From sequence record OR757453.1: a stretch of DNA of 64,000 nt. The stretch is one strand, 5' to 3'. The notes below the pieces were generated by a model. It was not told where the DNA came from. It saw nothing but the letters and a program-made list of their open reading frames with translations, and did not search any database. This document shows positions 38,969-49,113 of the stretch, in pieces (position 1 is the stretch's first letter; each line of letters opens with the position of its first letter). A program made the translations under genes and the position numbers. This DNA is from Escherichia phage BYEP01.

Positions 38969-40284
38969 CATTTGATGATTTGACAGAAGGCCAGAAAAAT
39001 GCCTTTAACATCGTTATGAGGGCTATTAAAGAAAAGAAACATCATGTAACTATTAATGGACCTGCTGGTACTGGTAAAACTACTCTTACTAAGTTCATCA
39101 TTGAAGCCTTAATATCTACGGGCGAAACTGGCATTATTTTAGCAGCTCCTACTCATGCAGCTAAAAAGATTCTTTCAAAACTGTCAGGGAAAGAAGCGAG
39201 TACTATTCACAGTATTCTTAAAATTAACCCAGTAACATACGAAGAAAACGTTCTTTTTGAACAAAAAGAAGTACCGGATTTGGCTAAATGCAGAGTATTA
39301 ATCTGCGACGAAGTGTCAATGTACGATAGAAAGCTATTTAAAATTCTGCTTTCAACTATCCCGCCGTGGTGTACTATAATTGGAATAGGCGATAATAAGC
39401 AAATTAGACCTGTTGACCCAGGAGAAAACACTGCTTATATTAGTCCATTCTTTACACATAAAGATTTTTATCAGTGTGAACTCACTGAAGTTAAACGCAG
39501 TAATGCTCCTATTATTGATGTAGCTACTGATGTTCGTAATGGTAAGTGGATTTATGATAAAATTGTTGACGGACATGGAGTACGTGGATTTACTGGTGAT
39601 ACCGCTTTACGCGATTTTATGGTAAATTATTTTTCAATCGTAAAATCACTAGATGATTTGTTTGAAAATCGCGTAATGGCATTTACGAATAAATCTGTTG
39701 ATAAGTTAAATAGCATTATTCGTAAAAAGATTTTTGAAACTGATAAAGATTTTATTGTCGGTGAAATTATTGTAATGCAGGAACCATTAATTAAAACATA
39801 TAAAATTGATGGAAAGCCTGTGTCAGAAATTATTTTTAATAACGGACAATTAGTTCGTATTATAGAAGCAGAGTATACATCGACGTTTGTTAAAGCTCGT
39901 GGTGTTCCTGGAGAATATCTAATTCGTCATTGGGATTTAACAGTAGAAACTTACGGCGATGATGAATATTATCGTGAAAAGATTAAAATAATTTCATCTG
40001 ATGAAGAGCTATATAAGTTTAACTTATTTTTAGGTAAAACGGCAGAAACTTATAAGAACTGGAATAAAGGCGGAAAAGCTCCGTGGAGTGATTTTTGGGA
40101 TGCTAAATCACAGTTCAGTAAAGTGAAAGCACTTCCTGCATCAACATTCCATAAAGCTCAGGGTATGTCTGTAGACCGTGCTTTCATTTATACGCCTTGT
40201 ATTCATTATGCAGATGCTGAATTGGCCCAACAACTTCTTTATGTTGGTGTAACACGTGGTCGTTATGATGTATTTTATGTATGA
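38965..40284 (+). CDS. dda: Dda DNA helicase (SF1B), 439 aa
   Basis: Walker A GPAGTGKTT; length 439 aa. Confidence 0.9.
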   Translation: MTFDDLTEGQKNAFNIVMRAIKEKKHHVTINGPAGTGKTTLTKFIIEALISTGETGIILAAPTHAAKKILSKLSGKEASTIHSILKINPVTYEENVLFEQKEVPDLAKCRVLICDEVSMYDRKLFKILLSTIPPWCTIIGIGDNKQIRPVDPGENTAYISPFFTHKDFYQCELTEVKRSNAPIIDVATDVRNGKWIYDKIVDGHGVRGFTGDTALRDFMVNYFSIVKSLDDLFENRVMAFTNKSVDKLNSIIRKKIFETDKDFIVGEIIVMQEPLIKTYKIDGKPVSEIIFNNGQLVRIIEAEYTSTFVKARGVPGEYLIRHWDLTVETYGDDEYYREKIKIISSDEELYKFNLFLGKTAETYKNWNKGGKAPWSDFWDAKSQFSKVKALPASTFHKAQGMSVDRAFIYTPCIHYADAELAQQLLYVGVTRGRYDVFYV

Positions 40285-40305
40285 TTAAATTTGAGGAAGC
40301 TATTC

Positions 40306-40551
40306 GTGGAAATAACTAAAGATCAGTTTTATCTTCTTCAAGATAAAGTAAGCGAAATTTATGAAATTGCTCATGGTAAAAATCGTAAAACTGTAAAAAT
40401 TGAATCTAGTAAGTTGATGCTTCAATTAGAAGAAATTGAACGAGATTTAATTGCGTTAGAATTCTTTTGCGGTGAAGTGAAAACTGTTACAATCAATGAT
40501 TACGTTTTAGGCGAAATTAGCTATCTTTATGAGGCGATTATTAATGATTGA
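40306..40551 (+). CDS. hypothetical protein, 81 aa (tandem paralog 1)
   Basis: GTG with SD gagga; paralogous to next ORF. Confidence 0.45.
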   Translation: MEITKDQFYLLQDKVSEIYEIAHGKNRKTVKIESSKLMLQLEEIERDLIALEFFCGEVKTVTINDYVLGEISYLYEAIIND

Positions 40552-40786
40552 ATTAAGTTGGTGGCAGTTTAAATCTCTTATGACAAGTGTTAAAGATGTC
40601 ATTGAAGAAAATCCAGGTCCTGAAAATATTACTATTCGCGAAAAAGCTTCAAAGATAGTATACAGTCTTGAAGAGATACAAAAAGACATTGAATCTGTGG
40701 CAAAATTTATTGATGAGCCCATTAATAAAGTTTATATTCAAGACTATACTGTAGGTCAAATTCGCGATTTAGCAAGGAAAATTTAA
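40544..40786 (+). CDS. hypothetical protein, 80 aa (tandem paralog 2)
   Basis: Shares LEEI..D...IQDY..G.I pattern with previous ORF. Confidence 0.45.
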   Translation: MIELSWWQFKSLMTSVKDVIEENPGPENITIREKASKIVYSLEEIQKDIESVAKFIDEPINKVYIQDYTVGQIRDLARKI

Positions 40787-41469
40787 TGTTTGATTTTATT
40801 ATAGATTTTGAAACAATGGGAAGTGGTGAAAAAGCAGCTGTTATTGATTTGGCTGTAATTGCTTTTGACCCTAATCCAGAAGTCGTTGAAACATTCGATG
40901 AATTAGTTTCACGTGGCATTAAAATCAAATTTGATTTAAAAAGCCAAAAAGGACATCGTCTTTTTACTAAAAGCACTATCGAATGGTGGAAGAATCAATC
41001 TCCTGAAGCTAGAAAAAATATTGCACCATCAGATGAAGATGTAAGCACTATCGATGGTATTGCAAAATTTAATGATTACATCAATGCACATAATATTGAT
41101 CCTTGGAAATCTCAAGGCTGGTGCCGTGGAATGTCGTTTGATTTTCCAATTTTAGTCGATCTCATTCGCGATATTCAACGTCTTAATGGCGTTTCTGAGA
41201 ATGAGCTTGATACGTTTAAGTTAGAACCATGTAAATTTTGGAATCAGCGTGATATTCGTACCAGAATTGAAGCACTTCTGCTTGTTCGTGATATGACCAC
41301 GTGTCCTCTTCCAAAAGGAACTTTAGATGGATTCGTTGCACATGATTCTATTCATGACTGTGCGAAAGACATCCTGATGATGAAGTATGCTTTGCGCTAT
41401 GCCATGGGTCTTGAAGATGCTCCGTCAGAGGAAGAATGCGATCCTCTATCTCTTCCAACAAAACGATAA
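40786..41469 (+). CDS. dexA: exonuclease A DexA (DEDDh 3'-5' exonuclease), 227 aa
   Basis: Exo motif DFETMG; length 227 aa. Confidence 0.85.
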   Translation: MFDFIIDFETMGSGEKAAVIDLAVIAFDPNPEVVETFDELVSRGIKIKFDLKSQKGHRLFTKSTIEWWKNQSPEARKNIAPSDEDVSTIDGIAKFNDYINAHNIDPWKSQGWCRGMSFDFPILVDLIRDIQRLNGVSENELDTFKLEPCKFWNQRDIRTRIEALLLVRDMTTCPLPKGTLDGFVAHDSIHDCAKDILMMKYALRYAMGLEDAPSEEECDPLSLPTKR

Positions 41470-41475
41470 AAAGTT

Positions 41476-41505
41476 GTTTACTTCCTCGGTTAGTTGTGGT
41501 ATTAT
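41476..41505 (+). promoter_or_regulatory. T4-type early promoter
   Basis: gtttac 41476-41481, tattat 41500-41505. Confidence 0.5.
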
Positions 41506-41532
41506 AACACCATAGCTACTGAGGATAATAAA

Positions 41533-41664
41533 ATGAAAATTTATCGTGTTGAATCATCGTTTAGTATTCTTGATTATGAAGATGGTGTTGAACTTCTGAA
41601 TGTTGTTCATGCAGGTGATTTTAGTGTAGTACCTCGTAGTGCAGTGGTAGCTATTTTGAATTAA
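41533..41664 (+). CDS. hypothetical protein, 43 aa
   Basis: Untracked ORF with SD gagga downstream of early promoter. Confidence 0.4.
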   Translation: MKIYRVESSFSILDYEDGVELLNVVHAGDFSVVPRSAVVAILN

Positions 41665-41666
41665 TA

Positions 41667-41702
41667 GTTTACAAACTCTTGGGACCAGAGTATAATGGTC
41701 CC
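41667..41702 (+). promoter_or_regulatory. T4-type early promoter with -10 element inside a hairpin loop
   Basis: gtttac 41667-41672, tataat 41691-41696; gggacc (41681-41686) pairs with ggtccc (41697-41702). Confidence 0.45.
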
Positions 41703-41742
41703 TCGTGGAGTATAAAATCTTTTTAACAAGTGAGAGATAACT

Positions 41743-42231
41743 ATGATTATTAATATTGGCGAAATTGCTCGTGTATCTGATAAATCCCGCTCTAAAGCAG
41801 CAGGAAAATTGGTCGAAATTGTAAGCATTCAGCTTAAACATGGCGTTAAAGATGAAGATTCTGAAGTAAAAGTGCGTATCATTCCTAAAGATGGAAAGTC
41901 TAAACCTCAGTTTGGCTATGTTCGTGCGAAATTTCTTGAGTCTGCGTTTTTGAAAGCTGTTCCTGCTAAAGGAATTGAAACGATTGATACTTCGCATGTA
42001 GGTGTAGACTTTAAGTGGAAACTCGGTCAAGCTATCAAGTTCGTTGCTCCTTGTGAATTTAACTTTATCAAAGACGATGGAAGGGTTGTTTATACTCGTG
42101 CTATGTGTGGATACATTACCGATCAATGGGTAGAAGATGGTGTTAAGCTGTACAATGTGGTATTTTTAGGAACATACAAAGTCATTCCTGAAAGTTGGAT
42201 TAAACACTATAGCAATGCTCTCTATGCATAA
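41743..42231 (+). CDS. motB: MotB-like protein, 162 aa
   Basis: Position next to dexA and length 162 aa as T4 MotB. Confidence 0.6.
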   Translation: MIINIGEIARVSDKSRSKAAGKLVEIVSIQLKHGVKDEDSEVKVRIIPKDGKSKPQFGYVRAKFLESAFLKAVPAKGIETIDTSHVGVDFKWKLGQAIKFVAPCEFNFIKDDGRVVYTRAMCGYITDQWVEDGVKLYNVVFLGTYKVIPESWIKHYSNALYA

Positions 42232-42401
42232 AGTTTAAATTTTTTCATAAAACTATATACATCAGTAGTTGATTATGGTACTATATCAATATCAACTACT
42301 GATACAGAAAACAACTTGGAGAATAAAATGGAAATTCGCTAAAGGTGTTGATACTCTTCTGAAACGTATCGCTCCACTGTTCAATTAATGAGGAAATTGT
42401 A

Positions 42402-42617
42402 ATGAAACGTAAAATTGTTCAGAACTGCACTAATGACGAATTTGAAGATGTATTATTCGATCCAGATTTAGTAGTGGTTCAAAAGGAACATACTGTTAAG
42501 TTTACTCACTTGACTTCGGTTTATGTGTATGAAAAGGTTGGTGATAAACAACCGATTTACGGTGTATTTCGTGAAATTACTGAAGATGGCACAACTTACT
42601 GGAAGGAAATTTATTAA
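42402..42617 (+). CDS. hypothetical protein, 71 aa
   Basis: ATG with SD gagga. Confidence 0.5.
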   Translation: MKRKIVQNCTNDEFEDVLFDPDLVVVQKEHTVKFTHLTSVYVYEKVGDKQPIYGVFREITEDGTTYWKEIY

Positions 42618-43036
42618 TGGCTATTAAATTTGAAGTTAATAAATGGTATCAATTTAAAAATAAACAAGCTCAAGAAAATTTTATTAAAGACCATACTGAT
42701 AACGGAATCTATGCACGACGTTTAGGTATGGAACCTTTTAAAATTTTAGATGTTGACTATTACGGGCGTCCTACTAAAATTGTGACATCTACTGGCACAA
42801 TTGGATATTCAACATGTGGTACAGTCATTGACGAAAACTTTATCTGGCTCTCTTCTAACGAAGCTGGGTTCTTTGATGAAGTTGAAAATCCATATCAGGC
42901 TGCTGAAGAACAAGAGCAGGAAGAGCAAGAACAAATAGAAGATTTCACAGAATTCCCGGTAATGAAAGTTACTATTGAAAATAATGAACAAGCATGGTCT
43001 TTGTATCAGATGTTGAAAGCTCACTTTAAGGAATAA
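42617..43036 (+). CDS. hypothetical acidic protein, 139 aa
   Basis: ORF with ATG; [10 protein letters not shown] tract. Confidence 0.5.
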   Translation: MAIKFEVNKWYQFKNKQAQENFIKDHTDNGIYARRLGMEPFKILDVDYYGRPTKIVTSTGTIGYSTCGTVIDENFIWLSSNEAGFFDEVENPYQAAEEQEQEEQEQIEDFTEFPVMKVTIENNEQAWSLYQMLKAHFKE

Positions 43037-43038
43037 TT

Positions 43039-43215
43039 ATGCCTCTTTATGATTATAAATGTCAATCCAAAGACTGCGCAAAAGAATACGAAAAAATCAA
43101 GAAAATTTCTGAAAGGGATACTGATGTATGTCCTGATTGTCATCGGATTGCTATTCGGTTAGTTTCCGCTCCTAAGCATGTGAATGGTGGATTTTACGAC
43201 TTACTTAAAGGGTAA
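43039..43215 (+). CDS. zinc-ribbon protein (FmdB-like), 58 aa
   Basis: MPLYDYKCQSKDCAKEYE...CPDCH two CxxC pairs; SD aagga. Confidence 0.5.
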   Translation: MPLYDYKCQSKDCAKEYEKIKKISERDTDVCPDCHRIAIRLVSAPKHVNGGFYDLLKG

Positions 43216-43217
43216 TT

Positions 43218-43589
43218 ATGTTTAAAATCGGTAAGAAATATCGTGTTCGCGAAGGTGAAGAAAAGAAATATCTGCTTTCTTCTATTTATAGGAATGGTTC
43301 TATTAATGCTGTAATATCTACAAGCGAATTTATCGTTGAAGATATGAAAGGCCATAATGTTACAATGATTAGTACCGCATCTGGAAATGATGGAAAAATT
43401 CTTCACAGTTTTCAGAGTAATGTTCTAATTTATGATGAAGAATTTGACTTCTTCGAAGAAGTTCCCGAAAATTTTGATTTTGGATGCACTATCACTATGA
43501 AATCTGGCGACCCTCTTTCTTTTACAGTTAAAGATGAAAGAAGTCGCTTGAGAATTATTAGTCTTCTTCAAGCCATTAAATTTAAGTGA
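43218..43589 (+). CDS. hypothetical protein, 123 aa
   Basis: ORF with ATG. Confidence 0.5.
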   Translation: MFKIGKKYRVREGEEKKYLLSSIYRNGSINAVISTSEFIVEDMKGHNVTMISTASGNDGKILHSFQSNVLIYDEEFDFFEEVPENFDFGCTITMKSGDPLSFTVKDERSRLRIISLLQAIKFK

Positions 43590-43855
43590 AAATTATGAAA
43601 TATGTTAATCGTTCTATCGCGGCGTTAGTATTAGCAGTATCTTTAGTAGGATGTACTGATGCTGATAATGCAACCAAAGTTTTGTCTTCGAGTGGTTTTA
43701 CTAATATTGAAATCACTGGATACAATTGGTTCGGTTGTTCTGAAAATGATTTCCAACATACTGGATTTCGTGCTATTGGACCTACCGGGCAGAAAGTAGA
43801 AGGAACAGTATGTTCTGGTCTATTCTTCAAGGATTCGACTATCCGTTTTAAATAA
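43586..43855 (+). CDS. putative lipoprotein, 89 aa
   Basis: Signal peptide with lipobox LVGC. Confidence 0.55.
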   Translation: MKIMKYVNRSIAALVLAVSLVGCTDADNATKVLSSSGFTNIEITGYNWFGCSENDFQHTGFRAIGPTGQKVEGTVCSGLFFKDSTIRFK

Positions 43856-43856
43856 A

Positions 43857-43878
43857 AGGCCTTCGGGCCTTTAGCTTT
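43857..43878 (+). terminator. putative terminator
   Basis: aggccttcgggcct hairpin plus T-rich tail. Confidence 0.5.
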
Positions 43879-43924
43879 ATGATTACCGGAGTATAATATT
43901 CCCGAAACCAAACGAGGATAAGTG

Positions 43925-45742
43925 ATGATTAAGAATGAAATTAAAATTCTGAGCGATATTGAACATATCAAAAAGCGTAGCGGCATGTACATTGGCTCTT
44001 CAGCTAATGAAATGCATGAGCGCTTTCTGTTTGGTAAATGGGAAAGTGTTCAGTATGTACCTGGTCTTGTTAAGCTTATTGATGAAATTATCGATAACTC
44101 AGTAGATGAAGGTATTCGTACTAAGTTTAAATTCGCAAATAAAATTAATGTTACCATTAAAAATAATCAGGTAACAGTTGAAGATAACGGTCGTGGTATT
44201 CCACAAGCGATGGTTAAAACACCTACCGGTGAAGAAATTCCTGGTCCTGTTGCTGCCTGGACTATTCCAAAAGCAGGTGGTAACTTTGGTGATGATAAAG
44301 AACGCGTCACCGGCGGTATGAATGGTGTTGGTTCTAGTTTAACTAACATTTTTTCTGTGATGTTTGTCGGTGAAACTGGCGACGGTCAAAATAATATTGT
44401 AGTTCGTTGTTCAAATGGCATGGAAAATAAATCATGGGAAACTATTCCTGGAAAATGGAAAGGAACTCGCGTTACTTTCATTCCTGATTTTATGTCATTT
44501 GAAACTAATGAGCTATCTCAGGTTTATCTTGACATTACACTGGATCGTCTCCAGACACTTGCAGTAGTTTATCCTGATATTCAATTTACCTTTAATGGTA
44601 AAAAGGTTCAGGGTAATTTTAAGAAATATGCACGTCAATATGATGAACATGCTATCGTTCAAGAACAAGAAAACTGTTCTATTGCGGTTGGTCGTTCGCC
44701 GGATGGTTTTCGTCAATTAACATACGTCAATAACATTCATACTAAGAATGGTGGCCATCACATTGACTGTGTTATGGATGATATTTGTGAAGACCTTATT
44801 CCACAAATCAAACGTAAATTTAAAATTGACGTAACTAAAGCACGTGTTAAAGAATGTTTGACTATCGTTATGTTTGTTCGTGATATGAAAAACATGCGAT
44901 TTGATTCTCAAACTAAAGAACGACTTACTTCTCCTTTTGGTGAAATTCGTAGTCATATTCAGCTTGATGCTAAAAAGATTTCACGTGCTATTTTAAATAA
45001 TGAAGCAATTTTAATGCCAATTATTGAAGCTGCCTTGGCTCGTAAATTGGCGGCAGAAAAAGCAGCAGAAACTAAAGCAGCTAAAAAGGCTTCTAAAGCT
45101 AAGGTTCATAAACATATTAAAGCGAATCTTTGCGGTAAAGATGCTGATACTACTCTTTTCTTGACTGAGGGTGATTCTGCTATCGGATATCTTATTGATG
45201 TTCGTGATAAAGAACTTCATGGTGGTTATCCATTGCGCGGTAAAGTTCTTAATAGCTGGGGTATGTCATATGCTGATATGCTTAAAAACAAAGAACTGTT
45301 TGATATTTGCGCAATCACTGGATTAGTTCTTGGCGAAAAGGCAGAGAATACGAACTATCGTAATATTGCAATTATGACTGACGCAGATCACGACGGTCTT
45401 GGAAGTATCTATCCGGCTTTGCTTGCTTTCTTTAGTAATTGGCCTGAATTGTTTGAACAAGGACGTATTCGCTTTGTTAAAACGCCTGTAATTATTGCAC
45501 AAATTGGCAAAACTCAAAAATGGTTTTATACTGTAGCTGAGTATGAAGAAGCTAAAGATGCTCTACCTAAGCATAGTATTCGATACATCAAGGGATTGGG
45601 CTCACTTCAGCGGGATGAATATAAAGAAATGATTCAAAACCCTGTGTACGACGTAGTTAAACTTCCTGAAAATTGGAAAGAACTATTTGAAATGCTCATG
45701 GGTAACGACCCTGAACTCCGTAAAGATTGGATGCTAGGATAA
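43925..45742 (+). CDS. 39: DNA topoisomerase II large subunit gp39, unsplit form (605 aa, covers T4 gp39 plus gp60)
   Basis: GyrB-like ATPase and TOPRIM regions in one ORF; ATG 43925 with SD gagga. Confidence 0.85.
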   Translation: MIKNEIKILSDIEHIKKRSGMYIGSSANEMHERFLFGKWESVQYVPGLVKLIDEIIDNSVDEGIRTKFKFANKINVTIKNNQVTVEDNGRGIPQAMVKTPTGEEIPGPVAAWTIPKAGGNFGDDKERVTGGMNGVGSSLTNIFSVMFVGETGDGQNNIVVRCSNGMENKSWETIPGKWKGTRVTFIPDFMSFETNELSQVYLDITLDRLQTLAVVYPDIQFTFNGKKVQGNFKKYARQYDEHAIVQEQENCSIAVGRSPDGFRQLTYVNNIHTKNGGHHIDCVMDDICEDLIPQIKRKFKIDVTKARVKECLTIVMFVRDMKNMRFDSQTKERLTSPFGEIRSHIQLDAKKISRAILNNEAILMPIIEAALARKLAAEKAAETKAAKKASKAKVHKHIKANLCGKDADTTLFLTEGDSAIGYLIDVRDKELHGGYPLRGKVLNSWGMSYADMLKNKELFDICAITGLVLGEKAENTNYRNIAIMTDADHDGLGSIYPALLAFFSNWPELFEQGRIRFVKTPVIIAQIGKTQKWFYTVAEYEEAKDALPKHSIRYIKGLGSLQRDEYKEMIQNPVYDVVKLPENWKELFEMLMGNDPELRKDWMLG

Positions 45743-46539
45743 TGAATTATCGTAAAATTTATGATAAACTTATCGCTGCGGCTAAAAACCGCAGCACTAT
45801 TCCTAATTATACTGAAACTCACCATATTTTGCCTAAATCTATGGGCGGGAGTAATGCTAAATCAAATCTAGTTAAAATGACCCCTAGAGAGCATTTTATC
45901 GCCCATTTATTGCTTTATAAAATTCATAAGAACCGTTCTATGCTTATGGCTATTAGAGCTTTTTACATGGGAGCTAGAAATTCTAGAGATTATGATTGGC
46001 TTAAACAAGAATTCTCTAAAGAGCACTCTAGATTTATGAAAGAATGGATTGCTAAAAATGGCAACCCATTTAAAGGTAAAAAACATACTAAAGCAACAAG
46101 AGAATTAATGTCACATATTGCTTCACAACGTATAGGCGAATTAAATCCATTTTATGGTAAAACTCATACGCAAGAAGCAATAGATAAAATAATACAGGCT
46201 AACAAGTTATCTTGGGAGAATGGGCGAAAAGCACCTGTAAAAACAAAAGAACACCAGGATAAAATAACTAAATCAAGAATGGAAACATTTAAAACAAAAG
46301 GATTTAAACCATACACTCCTAGGTCAGAAGAAACTAAAGCTAAGACTAGAGAGTTGTATAAATCTAAATATGAAAGAAGGCCTATAAGAATCACAAGTGT
46401 AAAAACAGGTGAAACTATTGATTTTAACTATCTTTATGAATTAAGGGAGTATTTAGATATAGGGTCTTCTAATATATTGAAAGCATTAAATAATCCTAAC
46501 AGAACCTGCAAAGGTTATAAAATGTGTTGGATGTCCTAA
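45742..46539 (+). CDS. freestanding HNH homing endonuclease, 265 aa
   Basis: ETHHILPKSMGGSNAKSNLVKMTPREHFIAH HNH motif; NUMOD repeats; TAATG overlap with gene 39 stop. Confidence 0.75.
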   Translation: MNYRKIYDKLIAAAKNRSTIPNYTETHHILPKSMGGSNAKSNLVKMTPREHFIAHLLLYKIHKNRSMLMAIRAFYMGARNSRDYDWLKQEFSKEHSRFMKEWIAKNGNPFKGKKHTKATRELMSHIASQRIGELNPFYGKTHTQEAIDKIIQANKLSWENGRKAPVKTKEHQDKITKSRMETFKTKGFKPYTPRSEETKAKTRELYKSKYERRPIRITSVKTGETIDFNYLYELREYLDIGSSNILKALNNPNRTCKGYKMCWMS

Positions 46540-46562
46540 GCTCCTTCGGGAGCTTCATTTTA
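46539..46562 (+). terminator. putative terminator
   Basis: agctccttcgggagct hairpin plus T-rich tail. Confidence 0.5.
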
Positions 46563-46655
46563 ATTTTAATAAGGCTTAATTATGAAAGTTATGTTTATCC
46601 CATCTCGTGCAGTCCCATTTAATCCTGACCTTCGTAAAGAATGGATGAGCCAATA

Positions 46656-46685
46656 GTTTACTTTACCACAAGGATGTGGTATAAT
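46656..46685 (+). promoter_or_regulatory. T4-type early promoter
   Basis: gtttac 46656-46661, tataat 46680-46685. Confidence 0.5.
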
Positions 46686-46710
46686 TAATTGGGCAAATGA
46701 GGATATTGAA

Positions 46711-46914
46711 ATGAAATCATATAGAGTAAATTTAGAACTTTTTGATAAAGCAGTTCATCGAGAATATAGAATCATTCAACGCTTTTTCGATATGGGAGAA
46801 GCCGAAGAGTTTAAAAACCGCTTTAAGGATATTAGAGATAAAATTCAATCCGACACTGCAACTAAAGACGAACTACTAGAAGTTGCTGAAGTTATTAAGC
46901 GTAATATGAATTAA
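46711..46914 (+). CDS. hypothetical protein, 67 aa (rIIA.1 position)
   Basis: ORF with SD gagga. Confidence 0.5.
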   Translation: MKSYRVNLELFDKAVHREYRIIQRFFDMGEAEEFKNRFKDIRDKIQSDTATKDELLEVAEVIKRNMN

Positions 46915-46924
46915 TGAGGAAATT

Positions 46925-49102
46925 ATGATTATCACCACTGAAAAAGAAACAATTCTTGGTAATGGTTCTAAATCAAAAGCATTTAGCATCACAGCATCTC
47001 CTAAAGTATTTAAAATTCTATCATCTGATTTGTATACAAACAAGATTCGCGCAGTAGTCCGTGAATTGATTACTAATATGATTGATGCCCATGCTCTTAA
47101 TGGAAATCCTGAAAAATTTATCATTCAAGTTCCTGGACGTTTAGATCCACGATTTGTTTGCCGAGATTTTGGTCCGGGTATGAGTGATTTTGATATTCAG
47201 GGTGATGATAATTCTCCTGGTTTGTATAATTCATACTTCAGTTCATCTAAGGCTGAATCTAACGATTTCATTGGCGGATTTGGTTTAGGTTCTAAATCTC
47301 CGTTTAGTTATACTGATACATTTAGTATTACTTCATATCATAAAGGTGAAATTCGTGGTTATGTAGCTTACATGGATGGTGACGGTCCACAGATTAAACC
47401 TACATTCGTAAAAGAAATGGGTCCAAATGATAAAACTGGTATTGAAATCGTAGTTCCAGTTGAAGAAAAAGACTTTAGAAACTTTGCTTATGAAGTTTCT
47501 TATATCATGCGACCATTCAAAGATTTGGCTATCATTAATGGTCTTGACCGCGAAATTGATTATTTTCCGGATTTTGATGACTATTACGGTGTAAATCCAG
47601 AAAGATACTGGCCAGATCGCGGTGGATTATATGCTATCTATGGTGGTATTGTTTATCCTATCGATGGCGTTATTAGAGACCGTAACTGGTTAAGCATCCG
47701 CAATGAAGTGAATTACATTAAGTTTCCAATGGGTTCACTTGATATTGCCCCATCGCGTGAGGCTCTTTCATTAGATGATCGTACTCGTAAAAATATTATT
47801 GAGCGTGTTAAAGAGCTCAGTGAGCAGGCATTTAATGAAGATGTAAAACGATTTAAAGAATCTACATCTCCTCGTCATACATATCGCGAATTAATGAAGA
47901 TGGGATATTCTGCTCGAGATTATATGATTAGTAATTCAGTCAAATTCACGACTAAAAATCTGTCATATAAGAAGATGCAAAGCATGTTTGAACCTGACAG
48001 TAAGTTATGCAATGCAGGGGTTGTGTATGAAGTAAATCTTGACCCTCGACTGAAACGCATTAAGCAAAGCCATGAAACTTCAGCCGTTGCATCAAGTTAT
48101 CGTCTGTTTGGTATTAATACGACAAAAATTAATATTGTTATTGATAATACTAAAAATCGTGTTAATATTGTCCGTGGATTAGCACGTGCATTAGATGATA
48201 GCGAATTTAATAACACCTTAAATATTCATCACAATGAGCGGCTTCTGTTTATTAATCCAGAAGTAGAATCGCAGATTGATTTGCTTCCTGATATTATGGC
48301 AATGTTTGAAAGTGATGAAGTTAACATTCATTATTTGTCAGAAATCGAAGCTTTAGTTAAAAGTTATATTCCAAAGGCAGTAAAAAGTACAGCTCCTCGT
48401 CCTAAAACTGCTACTGCATTTAAGTTTGAAATTAAAGACGGGCGCTGGGAAAAAGAGGAATTGTTTACACTTACGTCAGAAGCAGATGAAATTACTGGTT
48501 ATGTAGCATACATGCATCGTTCTGATATTTTCTCTATGGATGGTACTACATCGCTTTGTCATCCATCTACGAATATTTTGATTCGTATGGCTAATCTTAT
48601 TGGCATTAATGAATTTTATGTTATTCGTCCACTTTTACAGAAAAAGGTAAAAGAACTTGGTCAGTGCCAATGTATTTTTGAAACTTTGCGTGATTTATAT
48701 GTAGATGCTTTTGATGATGTAGATTATGATAAGTATGTAGGTTATTCAAGTTCAGCTAAACGATATATTGATAAAATTATCAAGTATCCTGAGTTAGATT
48801 TTATGATGAAGTACTTCAGTGTAGATGAAGTTTCTGAAGAATATACACGACTCGCTAATATGGTTAGTTCATTACAGGGTGTATATTTTAATGGTGGAAA
48901 AGGTACCATTGGTCATGACATCTGGACAGTAACTAATCTTTTTGAAACACTATCATATAATGCTTCAAAAAACAGTGATAAAATGGTTGCTGAGTTTACC
49001 AAGAAATTCCGTATTGTTTCCGACTTCATCGGTTATCGCAATTCTTTAAGTGATGATGAAGTTTCCCAAATCGCTAAAACTATGAAGGCCCTTGCGGCCT
49101 AA
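46925..49102 (+). CDS. rIIA: rIIA protein, 725 aa
   Basis: N-terminal HATPase-like region; length 725 aa as T4 rIIA. Confidence 0.9.
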   Translation: MIITTEKETILGNGSKSKAFSITASPKVFKILSSDLYTNKIRAVVRELITNMIDAHALNGNPEKFIIQVPGRLDPRFVCRDFGPGMSDFDIQGDDNSPGLYNSYFSSSKAESNDFIGGFGLGSKSPFSYTDTFSITSYHKGEIRGYVAYMDGDGPQIKPTFVKEMGPNDKTGIEIVVPVEEKDFRNFAYEVSYIMRPFKDLAIINGLDREIDYFPDFDDYYGVNPERYWPDRGGLYAIYGGIVYPIDGVIRDRNWLSIRNEVNYIKFPMGSLDIAPSREALSLDDRTRKNIIERVKELSEQAFNEDVKRFKESTSPRHTYRELMKMGYSARDYMISNSVKFTTKNLSYKKMQSMFEPDSKLCNAGVVYEVNLDPRLKRIKQSHETSAVASSYRLFGINTTKINIVIDNTKNRVNIVRGLARALDDSEFNNTLNIHHNERLLFINPEVESQIDLLPDIMAMFESDEVNIHYLSEIEALVKSYIPKAVKSTAPRPKTATAFKFEIKDGRWEKEELFTLTSEADEITGYVAYMHRSDIFSMDGTTSLCHPSTNILIRMANLIGINEFYVIRPLLQKKVKELGQCQCIFETLRDLYVDAFDDVDYDKYVGYSSSAKRYIDKIIKYPELDFMMKYFSVDEVSEEYTRLANMVSSLQGVYFNGGKGTIGHDIWTVTNLFETLSYNASKNSDKMVAEFTKKFRIVSDFIGYRNSLSDDEVSQIAKTMKALAA

Positions 49103-49113
49103 TAAGGAAAATT

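Noticed and set aside
41554-42126. 190-aa minus-strand ORF
   Set aside because: Lies antisense inside the motB region and promoter cassettes; low-complexity composition and no SD; treated as an antisense shadow ORF.
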